Assembly (NCBI GenBank): GCA_020348445.1
Contig: CP070751.1
Location: 3,755,189 to 3,819,188, forward strand
Direction: 5' to 3'
DNA: 64,000 nucleotides
Origin: Thermoplasmata archaeon
GTDB lineage: Archaea > Thermoplasmatota > Thermoplasmata > GCA-020350865
Every line of letters starts with the position of its first letter. The stretch's first letter is position 1. This document shows positions 38,535 through 48,020 of this stretch, in pieces. The position numbers and the translations under genes were made by a program. The notes below the pieces were generated by a model, which worked only from the letters and a program-made list of their open reading frames with translations, was not told where the DNA came from and did not search any database.

Positions 38535-38839
38535 CAGATCACCTCCTGACCAGAAAGAAGACCGCGAATACAAACTGAGAAGTTGCATTCATCGCTACGG
38601 GCTCTTTCGCAACTGTGACATCTAAGTGTTAGAAGCATATTTCTTGTGATTTTCTTCTTTGTCTCTTCATCGATATCAGGTAACGAGCTCAGGCATTCCT
38701 GGATGATCTTTGTTTGAACCTGTCCCCATCTGGGAAGTGTGGATATTCTATCCTGGTTTCGCCATGAATCCTTTATCATCCTGACCTTAGCCTCTGAACC
38801 TTTTTTAGATGTTTTTGAAGGAGCCTTTTCTTTCTTCAT
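38534..38839 (-). CDS. Conserved small Cys4 protein (paralog)
   Basis: ..LPDIDEETKKKITRNMLLTLRCHSCERARSDECNFSVCIRGLLSG. Confidence 0.6.
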   Translation of the reverse strand: MKKEKAPSKTSKKGSEAKVRMIKDSWRNQDRISTLPRWGQVQTKIIQECLSSLPDIDEETKKKITRNMLLTLRCHSCERARSDECNFSVCIRGLLSGQEVI

Positions 38840-39642
38840 CTAAGCACCTCCTCTTTTGGAGTTATGTAAAGGGGCATCACACCGTCGAATCTATCCACCA
38901 CGACAAGGCCTCTGTCTTTGAGGGTAACAATATGCTGCAATACTATTTCAGGGGATAGATTAATCTGTGAGGCGATGTCCAAAACTGAATAAGGCCCGTC
39001 TATGGTCATCAATAGTATTTTCTGCCTGGCCATCTCCTCATCAATGGCAGAGTCCATGAGATTATCGAACTCCTCTTGTGAAATTGTTTTGTCGTAGACA
39101 TTGCCTTTTTCTGTTAGGTTGATTTCTCGGGCCACCAAGGACCTCAATCTAAAATCTCTTGCTGCATTTTTGGCAACAAAAAGACCTTCCAGTTTATCAA
39201 CATCAGGATTCTTCCCAGCAACAGGGCTTGGCCCTAAAGTTTTTACCTCGTTTACAAAATCCTCCACAACCTTGGAAAACCTCTCACCCTCAGATGCTGA
39301 TACCCATTCCAGGCGCAATCTGTTAGGATTAAGACCAGACTTTTCGATTAATTTCTTTGCGAGTTTTATTTTCTTCTCAGTGTAGTAATTACCAGTAATA
39401 TAATGGCAGTCACCAAGGTGACAACCACCTACAAGTACTCCATCTGCACCATGTATCAACATCTCGATTATGAGAACTGGATCCACTCTTGAACTGCACA
39501 TGACCCTGACAGTTCTTGTGTTTGTCGGGTACTGGTACCTGGAAACTCCAGCCAAATCAGCTCCTGCATATGAGCACCAGTTGCATAGAAATGCAATGAT
39601 CTTGGGTTCGAATCCAGATGCTGTTGCTTCTTCTTCACTCAT
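38836..39642 (-). CDS. mvhD: MvhD-type protein with C-terminal wHTH-like extension (268 aa)
   Basis: MvhD core plus C-terminal SVLDIASQINLSPEIVLQHIVTLKDRGLVVVDRFDGVMPLY. Confidence 0.8.
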   Translation of the reverse strand: MSEEEATASGFEPKIIAFLCNWCSYAGADLAGVSRYQYPTNTRTVRVMCSSRVDPVLIIEMLIHGADGVLVGGCHLGDCHYITGNYYTEKKIKLAKKLIEKSGLNPNRLRLEWVSASEGERFSKVVEDFVNEVKTLGPSPVAGKNPDVDKLEGLFVAKNAARDFRLRSLVAREINLTEKGNVYDKTISQEEFDNLMDSAIDEEMARQKILLMTIDGPYSVLDIASQINLSPEIVLQHIVTLKDRGLVVVDRFDGVMPLYITPKEEVLR

Positions 39643-41543
39643 GTCCCTACCTCCTCCAACGCCGCAAGGGCCTCAGCCGTGAGCTGCTCATCTGTATAGT
39701 GAGTCATTGTAATGGCCTTCTCAGGACATATGGAGCCGCAAGTTCCGCAGCCTTTGCATGCCGCTACAATGACCTCTGCAAGCCCTTCCTCATCAAATTG
39801 AATCGCACCATATGGGCATACCACTTCACATGACTTGCACCCCGAGCAGCGCTCCCTGTCCACATAGGAAACTATGGCCTCAGCCTGAACATAACCCAGG
39901 CTCATGGGTATTGAAGCACGGGATGCGGCACCATATGCTTGGGCAACGGCCTCGGTGATGTTTGCAGGTCCGTGAGCAGTCCCGCAAAGGAAAATACCGT
40001 CAGTAGCAAAATCAACTGGACGAAGTTTAACATGGGCCTCCAAGAAGAATTCATCTCTACCCAAGGGAACCTTGAGCATCTTTGAAAGTTCCTGGGCATC
40101 TGGTCTCTGGGTAAGAGGTGTTGCCAATATTATCAGATCAGGATTCATCTTTCTGTCGGCCTTCAATGTCTCGTGGTAATAGGATACTGTGAGTTTTCCA
40201 TCCTCCATTGAGACCTTTGGTGGATTCTCAGGGACGAAGCGAACGAACTTTACCCTCTGCTCCCTGGATTTATTGTATAGCAGCTCCTGCTCTATACCAT
40301 ATGTTGTGATTCCTCTGTTGAAGACCGTGACATCCACTGCTGCCCCTCTTTCTTTGGGTCTTTCCTCGCCTCTTTCTGCACCCCTTCTTCTTCCACCTCT
40401 CCTTCCCCTTCTGTCCCTTCTGCTTCTTCTTCTGGATTCACCCTCCTCCTCCTCTGGTTCCTCTGCTTTTTCCTCTTCTTTATCCGAAACCGCCTTTTCA
40501 TCCACACTGGCTTCCTCTACTTTAGCTTCTGCATCACCGCCCTTTGAGGCCATCTCCATGACCTTCATTGCGTTCTTGACTGTAACAGTGCAGCATATTC
40601 TAGAGCAGTATTCCTTGTCCTGACCCCTTGCTCCCGAACATGTTATGAAGGCAACACTCTTTAAATCCGCGGGGACTTTGTCTTCCTTTACCATCTTCTC
40701 AAAGTCCGTTAATGTTATTATATTGTCGTGTTCTCCAAGACCATAGAGTCCCTTTGGTCTGTATTCATCGGCACCTGTTGCAACGATGATGGTTCCCACA
40801 CCAATTTCCTTGTCCTCCCCATTCACATTTAAAACGGCATCGTACTTGCCGATGTAACCGGTAAGTGATTTTAAGGTGGTATTCTTGTAAAGTTGAATCT
40901 TGTCATTTGCCTCCACTTTTTTAATCAATCCCTCATAGGCTTTTGCACTGCTTTCTTGGGTTTGATAAAGGGTGCTCAATTTTCTTAGAAATCCTCCGAG
41001 TTCAGGTTCTTTTTCTATCAAATGTGTTTCAAAACCCTGATTGGCCAGATTGAGGGCCGCTGTCATACCTGCTATACCACCACCTATCACCAGAGAAGAG
41101 GGTCTAACATCGATTTTCACCTCCTCTTGAGGCTCCAAGAGCACGGCCCTTGCCACACCCATTTTTATCAGATCCTTGGACTTTGCCGTGGCTTTCTCCT
41201 GCTCTTTCATATGAACCCATGAGCAGTGCTCCCTGATGTTCACGAATGTGAAAAGGTATTTGTTCAGTCCTGCCTCCTCGCAGATTCTCATAAAAAGTGG
41301 AGCATGTGTTCTGGGTGTGCATGATGCCACAATCACCCTGGTAAGATTCTTCTCCTTAATCGCATTTTTTATGGCTGTCAAACCATCATCAGCACATGTA
41401 TAAAGATTGTTCTCGGCGTGAACCACATTTGGCAATGTTTTTGCGTACTCTGCAACGTCCGGTACATCAACAAATCCCCCGATGTTCACACCGCAGTGAC
41501 ATACGAATACACCGATTCTGGGCTCTTTTATCTCCATGGCCAT
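39639..41543 (-). CDS. hdrA: HdrA, classical single-module form (634 aa) carrying a ~70-aa Glu/Arg-rich low-complexity insertion
   Basis: N-terminal VFVCHCGVNIGG / ASCTPRTHAPLF / IREHCSWVH. GGGIAGMTAAL FAD motif. C-terminal CSGCKSCEVVCP / CKGCGTCGSICP. The insertion is EAKVEEASVDEKAVSDKEEEKAEEPEEEEGESRRRSRRDRRGRRGGRRRGAERGEERPKERG. Confidence 0.9.
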   Translation of the reverse strand: MAMEIKEPRIGVFVCHCGVNIGGFVDVPDVAEYAKTLPNVVHAENNLYTCADDGLTAIKNAIKEKNLTRVIVASCTPRTHAPLFMRICEEAGLNKYLFTFVNIREHCSWVHMKEQEKATAKSKDLIKMGVARAVLLEPQEEVKIDVRPSSLVIGGGIAGMTAALNLANQGFETHLIEKEPELGGFLRKLSTLYQTQESSAKAYEGLIKKVEANDKIQLYKNTTLKSLTGYIGKYDAVLNVNGEDKEIGVGTIIVATGADEYRPKGLYGLGEHDNIITLTDFEKMVKEDKVPADLKSVAFITCSGARGQDKEYCSRICCTVTVKNAMKVMEMASKGGDAEAKVEEASVDEKAVSDKEEEKAEEPEEEEGESRRRSRRDRRGRRGGRRRGAERGEERPKERGAAVDVTVFNRGITTYGIEQELLYNKSREQRVKFVRFVPENPPKVSMEDGKLTVSYYHETLKADRKMNPDLIILATPLTQRPDAQELSKMLKVPLGRDEFFLEAHVKLRPVDFATDGIFLCGTAHGPANITEAVAQAYGAASRASIPMSLGYVQAEAIVSYVDRERCSGCKSCEVVCPYGAIQFDEEGLAEVIVAACKGCGTCGSICPEKAITMTHYTDEQLTAEALAALEEVGT

Positions 41544-42850
41544 CAGCTCACCCCCTTTGTCGAAAGGAGCTCTGCCGCCCTTGCCGCAGCTCCAGATGCC
41601 TGGGCAACTGCCTCGGGTATATCCATGGGCTCATGACAGTATCCTGCAATGAAGATGCCGGGACGTTTGGTATCCACGGGATTGAGCAACTTATCAGCTG
41701 ATTCGTAGAAGCCGAACTCATCCACATCAATATCAAGGAGCTTGGCCAGTTCTTTTGCACCCTTACGGGGCACAAGTGTAGTGGCAAGAATAACCATGTC
41801 TACCTCCATTTTCTCCTGTTTGCCAGCAACATCGTAAACAACTATTGGATTTTGGTTGGCAGGATTTTCCTGCACTGTGGCATCTGAATTGATGTAGGTG
41901 ATTCCATATTCGCTTTTTCCTCGCTCCATATATTCATTGAAACCTTTTCCAAATGTCCTCATATCTTTGTAGAAAATGAATGATTCCATATCATCGTGAT
42001 GTTCCCTTGCCAAAATCGCCTCCTTGGTTGAATGCATGCAGCATACACTGCAGCAGTACGGATGATCCAGCTGGGGATTTCTTGAGCCAACGCATTGTAT
42101 AAATCCTATCTTCTTTGGCCTTTCCCCGTCTGAACGTCTTTGGATATGACCTCCCGTGGGACCTGCAGCATTTATCATACGCTCGAATTCCATGGCAGTG
42201 AAGACGTTCTGAACCTTTTTATAACCATATTCCTTGGCTGGGGTCGGGTCCCATACATCGTAGCCTGTGGCAACGATTATTGATCCAACATTAAGCTTCA
42301 ATTCCTCAGGACCCTTGTCGAATTCTATTGCACCAATTTTACACGCCTTCTCGCAGAGCCTGCACTTTCCTTTTGTATAAAAAATGCAGTTCTCTTCGTC
42401 GATGGTCATGACCCTGGGCACTGCTTGAAGAAAGGGAAGGTAAATCGCTTTTCGCATCCCAAGTTCCATATCAAATTCGTTGGGGACCTTAACTGGACAT
42501 TTGGCATTACAATCACCGCATCCAGTGCAGACATCTTCGTTCACATGTCTGGCTTTTCTTGTTACCGTTGCATTATAGTTACCCGCATCCCCGGCAATTT
42601 CAGAGACCTCTGAGTAGGTCATTACATTTATGTTATCATGGCCAAAACAATCCGCCATTTTCGGGGCTAAGATACAAATGGAGCAGTCATTTGTGGGGAA
42701 GGTCTTATCCAATTGTGCCATTCTTCCCCCGATAGAGGGTTCCCTCTCAACAAGATAGACCTGCATACCTTTATCAGCCAAATCCAAGGATGCCTGGATT
42801 CCTGCGATGCCTCCACCAATTACTAAGACATTTTTCTTTTCCATTTTCAT
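41543..42850 (-). CDS. HdrA-like N-module flavoprotein (435 aa; stand-alone counterpart of module 1 of the long HdrA forms)
   Basis: VLVIGGGIAGIQASLDLA, FPTNDCSIC, CTGCGDCNAKCP, CRLCEKACK, CVGSRN..YCCSVCC. Aligns with residues ~1-440 of the long HdrA paralogs. Its start overlaps the stop of 39639..41543. Confidence 0.85.
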   Translation of the reverse strand: MKMEKKNVLVIGGGIAGIQASLDLADKGMQVYLVEREPSIGGRMAQLDKTFPTNDCSICILAPKMADCFGHDNINVMTYSEVSEIAGDAGNYNATVTRKARHVNEDVCTGCGDCNAKCPVKVPNEFDMELGMRKAIYLPFLQAVPRVMTIDEENCIFYTKGKCRLCEKACKIGAIEFDKGPEELKLNVGSIIVATGYDVWDPTPAKEYGYKKVQNVFTAMEFERMINAAGPTGGHIQRRSDGERPKKIGFIQCVGSRNPQLDHPYCCSVCCMHSTKEAILAREHHDDMESFIFYKDMRTFGKGFNEYMERGKSEYGITYINSDATVQENPANQNPIVVYDVAGKQEKMEVDMVILATTLVPRKGAKELAKLLDIDVDEFGFYESADKLLNPVDTKRPGIFIAGYCHEPMDIPEAVAQASGAAARAAELLSTKGVS

Positions 42851-43049
42851 GCCCCCTTAAGGATCGAACATGATTACATATTACCTTCCCTTTATACACT
42901 GTACATAGGGGAGGAGGGAATTGCTCTTTTATGATATATATTTTATGACGATATATAACACTTTTTAGATGGTATTCGCCGAAATACCACTGGTATTTTT
43001 CCATATCTCGTCATGGATATCTGCGGTATATTTTTCAATAGTTATGGTA

Positions 43050-44177
43050 TCATTTTTCATTATCATCCATATTTTTATTTTTCAATGCCCTTTCTCTCTT
43101 CATATTTGCAAATTCTGAAATTTTTTCTAATTGTTCCTGGGCAAGATTATCGGATCCTCCTTGGCTTTTATCTAACTCTTCTATGAACCTGTGGCGAATT
43201 GCATCTTGATAAATCGCCTCTCCCAAATCTGTTCTGATCAATACAGTGGTCCATCCCTCAGGTGAACCCAAACCGCCAAAAGAAAGGTCTGCAAAGTCGT
43301 TTGCAAAATCTGAGCAGGCAAGACAGGCAGAGCGGGCAAATTCCTCCATTTTTTCCAAGGGAATGTGTTTTGTATCACCATTTTTTTGCTTGATTATGAA
43401 ATCCTCCCTGATATTCATATTCTCGATGTCATCAAAATTCACGCCAAGGATTTTTTCCATATCTCTTTTTTTAGATACATCAAAGGAAAAATTCTCGGTG
43501 CAAAAAAGGCCGAAAACGAACTTCACTACATGGGAGGGTACAACATGCAAACTTTGCATCTTTCTCAGGGTATGTACTTGACACGGTGTGCTCACAACAA
43601 CTATTTTCACCAAATCCATATTGGTAATTTCTTTTATTGCAAACATGGTTGGAGAATATGTGGAGAACCTGCTAAGCTCCTCGACACCACAAATTCCCGT
43701 GAATCTCGAGCCGGCAGCAGAGAGAACCTCTTCGTAGGAGGTGGCTATCATGGGCTCTCTGGCAAATTGCGCAGTCTTCTTGGATACCACAGCACCATCG
43801 ATCATTTTTTTTTCCAATAAGAAATGTAGAATTGAAGTGACAACTCCACCATCTGTTGCATTTTTTCGAATCTCTGGGTTTGTACTTCTGGCAGATACAA
43901 TATTTTTAAACCTACCAACGGGTGAAACCCAATGATAAGTGTCTTTTAGATCCTGGTCAAGAATACTAATCTGTGGGCAGATAATATAGCAGATACCACA
44001 TTCAAGGCAGCTTTCTTCATCCAAATATTTTGGCCTTCCATCCTCGCCAAAACCGATGGCCATAAGCTCTCCTGCAGAGCAAAACGAGACACACCCTCCA
44101 CAGGATCCGCATAATCCAGGTTCATGAACTTCTTTGACCAGGTCCTTGAATGTCTTTGTCTCATCAATTTCGTCCAA
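43050..44177 (-). CDS. Coenzyme F420-dependent oxidoreductase beta subunit family protein (FrhB/FdhB/FpoF-like)
   Basis: N-terminal 2x[4Fe-4S] motifs (CGSCGGCVSFCS, CLECGICYIICP) followed by the FrhB-type core (NATDGGVVTSILHFLLEKKMIDGAVV). Confidence 0.75.
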   Translation of the reverse strand: MDEIDETKTFKDLVKEVHEPGLCGSCGGCVSFCSAGELMAIGFGEDGRPKYLDEESCLECGICYIICPQISILDQDLKDTYHWVSPVGRFKNIVSARSTNPEIRKNATDGGVVTSILHFLLEKKMIDGAVVSKKTAQFAREPMIATSYEEVLSAAGSRFTGICGVEELSRFSTYSPTMFAIKEITNMDLVKIVVVSTPCQVHTLRKMQSLHVVPSHVVKFVFGLFCTENFSFDVSKKRDMEKILGVNFDDIENMNIREDFIIKQKNGDTKHIPLEKMEEFARSACLACSDFANDFADLSFGGLGSPEGWTTVLIRTDLGEAIYQDAIRHRFIEELDKSQGGSDNLAQEQLEKISEFANMKRERALKNKNMDDNEK

Positions 44178-44309
44178 AACCCCAATGCCCCCAATCCCAG
44201 GTATAAAATTGGAGATTAAAAAACTTATTATTATCCGAAAGCTATGAATTTTGAAAGCAAGTAATAGTTAAAATAGTTCGTAACAAATAAGAAAATATTT
44301 TAAAGGAAC

Positions 44310-44888
44310 TTATTTCGAAGATCCGAGGGGATTTGGACCAAGAGCCTTTATTTGCTCAACAAATTCGTTCATGGTCTGTGCAAACTTCTCTGCTTCAGAA
44401 GCAGAAAGCCATTCACCCCTCAATCTCCCAGAGCCCAAACCCAGCATGTCAAGTATTTGCTGTGTGGTTTCAATCCTCTCTTTTGCACGAAGATTGCCAG
44501 ATATGTAATGGCAATCGTCCAACTTGCATCCAGTCACCATTACACCGTCGGCCCCGTACTCAAAGGCCTTCATAATGAATTCAGGTTCGATTCTTCCTGA
44601 GCACATGAACCTTATGATATTGACACAGGAAGGATATTTATATCGATTGATACCTGCTAAATCAGCGGATGTGTAAGAGCACCAATTACAGGAGAATGCA
44701 ATTATCTTTGGTTCGAACTCAGTCAGTCTCCCACCTCCTAATCGCCGAAGGAGCATTAATATCATATGTAAAATTCGAGCAGGTGAGGGCGAGTTTCTTT
44801 TTCCCCCATGTTCCGATGAAAAACTGATGTTTTTCAAGGCCTCGGGAAATCTTTGATTTCCCAAGGTTTCTTTGCGAGCCCGAGCCAT
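44310..44888 (-). CDS. mvhD: MvhD-type [2Fe-2S] protein, short form (start uncertain)
   Basis: LTEFEPKIIAFSCNWCSYTSADLAG..GCKLDDCHY. No ATG at the conserved N-terminal position (CTG preceded by GGAGGTGGGAGA). Upstream in-frame ATGs exist at ~44768/44759. Confidence 0.75.
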   Translation of the reverse strand: MARARKETLGNQRFPEALKNISFSSEHGGKRNSPSPARILHMILMLLRRLGGGRLTEFEPKIIAFSCNWCSYTSADLAGINRYKYPSCVNIIRFMCSGRIEPEFIMKAFEYGADGVMVTGCKLDDCHYISGNLRAKERIETTQQILDMLGLGSGRLRGEWLSASEAEKFAQTMNEFVEQIKALGPNPLGSSK

Positions 44889-45027
44889 CGTGGTGGACAG
44901 AAATTGAATCTAAACACTTACTGTCCTCCACTGTGTAGTGGAAAACATATTTAGTATTAGGGGTATTGTTTTCCACGACAGCAGAGAATTTTACCTCAAA
45001 GAAAAAGGCGGGTTCGAAATCAGTCAA
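44719..45027 (-). CDS. Hypothetical 102-aa protein between hdrA and mvhD (TTG start; doubtful)
   Basis: RBS AGGGGGT lies 9 nt upstream of TTG. It begins MTDFEP like MvhD N-termini but does not continue as MvhD. Its stop overlaps the mvhD RBS/start region. Confidence 0.25.
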   Translation of the reverse strand: MTDFEPAFFFEVKFSAVVENNTPNTKYVFHYTVEDSKCLDSISVHHDGSGSQRNLGKSKISRGLEKHQFFIGTWGKKKLALTCSNFTYDINAPSAIRRWETD

Positions 45028-45054
45028 TTATGGTACCCCCTTTTTTTGAGCAGG

Positions 45055-46845
45055 TCACCCCTCCACCTCCATCTTATATTCTAAAATCGCTTTGATCATT
45101 GGAAGTATCTGCTCTCTTTTGAAGTGGCGAATTGAAATGGCCTTGTTACAGCATCCTGCCGAGCATTTACCATCCCCTTGACAAAGAATGGGGTCCACAT
45201 GGGATACTTTTCTCCCATCCTTGACTACAATCACTGCGGCATTGAATTCGCAATTTTCTGCACATTTACCGCAGCCAACACACATTTCTTCATCAACAAC
45301 TGCAACCCCGCCTCCAATGTATGTTGAGCCCTTTTGAAGCAGTTTTATGGCATTGGATGCAGAAAGCCTGGCATCCTCGATTGAATATCTGATTCCCTTT
45401 GGTCCCTGGGCGCAGCCCGCAATGAAAATTCCCCTACGCTCTTCAGGAGTGAGCATGGGATTCATGTATTTTATAAAACCGTCTATGTCCAATGGCAGGT
45501 GTAAAGTTTCAGCCAATTTTGTGGTTGCATCTCTTGCCTCCTGACCCACAGAGAGCACGACAAGATCACTTTCGATCTCAAGGGGTGTTCCGGCATCCAC
45601 ATCCTCACATCTTAGAATTACCTTGCCCTCCTTCTCGAAAATCTCTCCAACCCTTCCCCTAACGAAATTTACTCCCGCAGCTTTAGCTTCCTCATAGAAT
45701 TCCTCAAAGCCCCTGTAAGGGCCCCTTAAGTCCATGTAGTGAATGTAAACTTCAGTACCAGGATAGCGTTTTTTGATTTCCATGGCCTGGCCAATTGCGT
45801 ATGTGCAGCATACCAGTGAGCAGTGGGGATTTCCCTTGTTGGCATCTCTTGAGCCCACACATTGAATGAAGTTAACGGTCTTGGGTATCTTGCCGTCCGA
45901 GGGTCGGTGAAGTTTTCCCCCTTTATCTCTTTGGGCCATGATCATCCTTTCGAGTTCGATTGTGGAAATAACATTCTTGTGGTCATAGCTGTATTCCTTC
46001 AATTTTGAGGGATCGAAGATCTGGGAACCAGTAGCAATTATTATCGTGCCAACATCGATTTCCTTTTCCCCATCAGGAGTTTTTATTTTCACATGTCGGT
46101 TTCCCAAACCACCTGTGATTTCGGTAACTTCCGAGGATAGGAGGACCTCTATTTTATCATGCTGATTAACATCCTCGATCTTCGGTGTTAGGACGCAGCT
46201 TTTACAGGATTGAATGCAGCATATCCCGCAGTTGTGCGTGGGAAAAGTCATGGAGAGCTCGTATGCCCTTCCACCGAGTTTTTCAGTTTTTTCCACGAGG
46301 TACACCTGATACCCTGCGTTTGCGATATCCAAGGCGGCCTGCATTCCCGCCACACCACCACCGATCACCAATGTTGATGGAATTATGTCCACCTTTGTAT
46401 CCTCAAGTGCTTCAAGAGTATTTGCTCTGGCAACTGAACCTGCGATTATGCGCTTTGCCTTTTGTGTAGCTTCGTTTTTATCCTCGTGTATCCATGCACA
46501 TTGTTCTCTTATATTTGCCTGCTCATATTGATATTTGTTAAGGCCTCCTTCAACAACTCCTCCCCCGATCGTGGATTCGTAAATCTTTGGAGTACAGGCA
46601 GCAACAACCACCGCATCAAAATTTTCTTTTTCACATTCCTCAGAAAGAAACTTCTGGCCGGAAACCGAGCATAGGGAATCATGCTTCTTTACAACTTCTA
46701 CTCCCGGTAATGCCTCAGCAAATTTAATGATTTCATCAAAATCGATTTTATCTGTGATGTTATCATAACAACTGCATATAAAGAGTCCAACTTTTTTCTC
46801 TTTTTTTTGGTCCAAGACCATACACCCCTTCAGCAATCGCAGCAT
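45055..46845 (-). CDS. hdrA: HdrA, classical single-module form (596 aa)
   Basis: N-terminal Cys domain (LFICSCYDN.., AACTPKIYE.., IREQCAWIH). GGGVAGMQAALDIA FAD motif. C-terminal CVGCGKCAENCE and CQGDGKCSAGCC clusters. Confidence 0.85.
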   Translation of the reverse strand: MLRLLKGCMVLDQKKEKKVGLFICSCYDNITDKIDFDEIIKFAEALPGVEVVKKHDSLCSVSGQKFLSEECEKENFDAVVVAACTPKIYESTIGGGVVEGGLNKYQYEQANIREQCAWIHEDKNEATQKAKRIIAGSVARANTLEALEDTKVDIIPSTLVIGGGVAGMQAALDIANAGYQVYLVEKTEKLGGRAYELSMTFPTHNCGICCIQSCKSCVLTPKIEDVNQHDKIEVLLSSEVTEITGGLGNRHVKIKTPDGEKEIDVGTIIIATGSQIFDPSKLKEYSYDHKNVISTIELERMIMAQRDKGGKLHRPSDGKIPKTVNFIQCVGSRDANKGNPHCSLVCCTYAIGQAMEIKKRYPGTEVYIHYMDLRGPYRGFEEFYEEAKAAGVNFVRGRVGEIFEKEGKVILRCEDVDAGTPLEIESDLVVLSVGQEARDATTKLAETLHLPLDIDGFIKYMNPMLTPEERRGIFIAGCAQGPKGIRYSIEDARLSASNAIKLLQKGSTYIGGGVAVVDEEMCVGCGKCAENCEFNAAVIVVKDGRKVSHVDPILCQGDGKCSAGCCNKAISIRHFKREQILPMIKAILEYKMEVEG

Positions 46846-46874
46846 CTTATGGTCATATTACCAATATCACTTCT

Positions 46875-48020
46875 TTACTTTATTCTTTCTATTATAGCCG
46901 ATATCAGATCACCAACAGGAATATCCACTTTCTCCTTCTCAACAGGTATCTCCTTCCATGTGGCACAAGTGAAGTGAATCACACATTTAGGACAAGTTGT
47001 AATGAGCTTATCGGCCCCTGTATTTTTCGCCTCCATTAACCGATCTATCTGCATTATCTTAGAGAGGGATTCACAGGTTGCAAAGGCATTTACTCCGCAG
47101 CATGCACTGTTCTCCTTTATGTTCTCCATTTCAATCAATTCAAATCCCGCAGCTTCAATGAGTTCCCTGGGGCTGTCGTAGATCTCCAAATGCCTTCCAA
47201 GTCTGCACGGGTCATGGTATGTAACTTTCTCATTTCCATCGCTTTTAAATTCCAGTTTCCCGTCATCCACCAAATCCATTAGATAATCTGTGATGTAAAC
47301 CAGCTCAAAATCCAGATCACCTGCAATATCCTGATAATCGAAATCAAATGTTCTCATCCCTTCTGGGCAGGAAAAAACCACGGTCTTTGCACCAGCTTCC
47401 TTTATTGCCTTGATATTGAGATTCATTAATTTGTCAAAATTATCTTCATCCCCTGTCCAATTGAGATCGTGACCGCAGCATACCTCGTTTTTGCTCATTG
47501 CTGGTGTGATACCGGCTTTGTTCAACACCCTTACATTGTTTTTAGCAATATCAAGGATACCGGCCTTCCTTTCCTCGAAAATCTTATCTAGATGAGCCTG
47601 GCAGCCAGAGAAATAGTACACATCACCCTTTTCTGCAACCTTTAAATCATCGGTAACCCAGCTTAACCTGTTCTGTGGTAACTGGTGAGATTGGATTCTG
47701 GCAATTGTCTGCATCAATCCTCCCTGGGAGCACGTGGGCTCAAATCCGTCTAAAACAGATTCACTTCTAAGTCCTCTGATGAACTCGGTGTAATCCACTT
47801 TGTAAGGACACATCTGACTGCACATGGCACATGTAGTACAGCGCCATATGTCCATGTTCTGGGCAAGGCCCCCCTCCACACCCTCCAATGCCTTAACCAC
47901 TATCAGTCTTGGAGCAAAGTTCTGGTCCAGTTTGGCAACGGGACATACAGTCGTGCATTTACCGCATTCAACACAATCATATGCTCCTGTGTCATCGATG
48001 AGATCATCTATTGCGGACAT
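46875..48020 (-). CDS. HdrD-like / fused HdrC-HdrB-type iron-sulfur protein with CCG domains (GlcF-like)
   Basis: N-terminal 2x[4Fe-4S] (CVECGKCTTVCP, CTTCAMCSQMCP) followed by two cysteine-rich CCG-type segments (EVCCGHDLNW, SACCGVNAF). Confidence 0.75.
   Translation of the reverse strand: MSAIDDLIDDTGAYDCVECGKCTTVCPVAKLDQNFAPRLIVVKALEGVEGGLAQNMDIWRCTTCAMCSQMCPYKVDYTEFIRGLRSESVLDGFEPTCSQGGLMQTIARIQSHQLPQNRLSWVTDDLKVAEKGDVYYFSGCQAHLDKIFEERKAGILDIAKNNVRVLNKAGITPAMSKNEVCCGHDLNWTGDEDNFDKLMNLNIKAIKEAGAKTVVFSCPEGMRTFDFDYQDIAGDLDFELVYITDYLMDLVDDGKLEFKSDGNEKVTYHDPCRLGRHLEIYDSPRELIEAAGFELIEMENIKENSACCGVNAFATCESLSKIMQIDRLMEAKNTGADKLITTCPKCVIHFTCATWKEIPVEKEKVDIPVGDLISAIIERIK

Noticed and set aside
42970-42995. 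Hairpin AAATACC-act-GGTATTT followed by TTTT between the frhB-like gene and the hdrA N-module
   Set aside because: The T-run follows the hairpin on the plus strand only, where no plus-strand gene ends. On the minus (coding) strand there is no oligo-T, so it is not convincingly a terminator. It may be incidental or a protein binding site.
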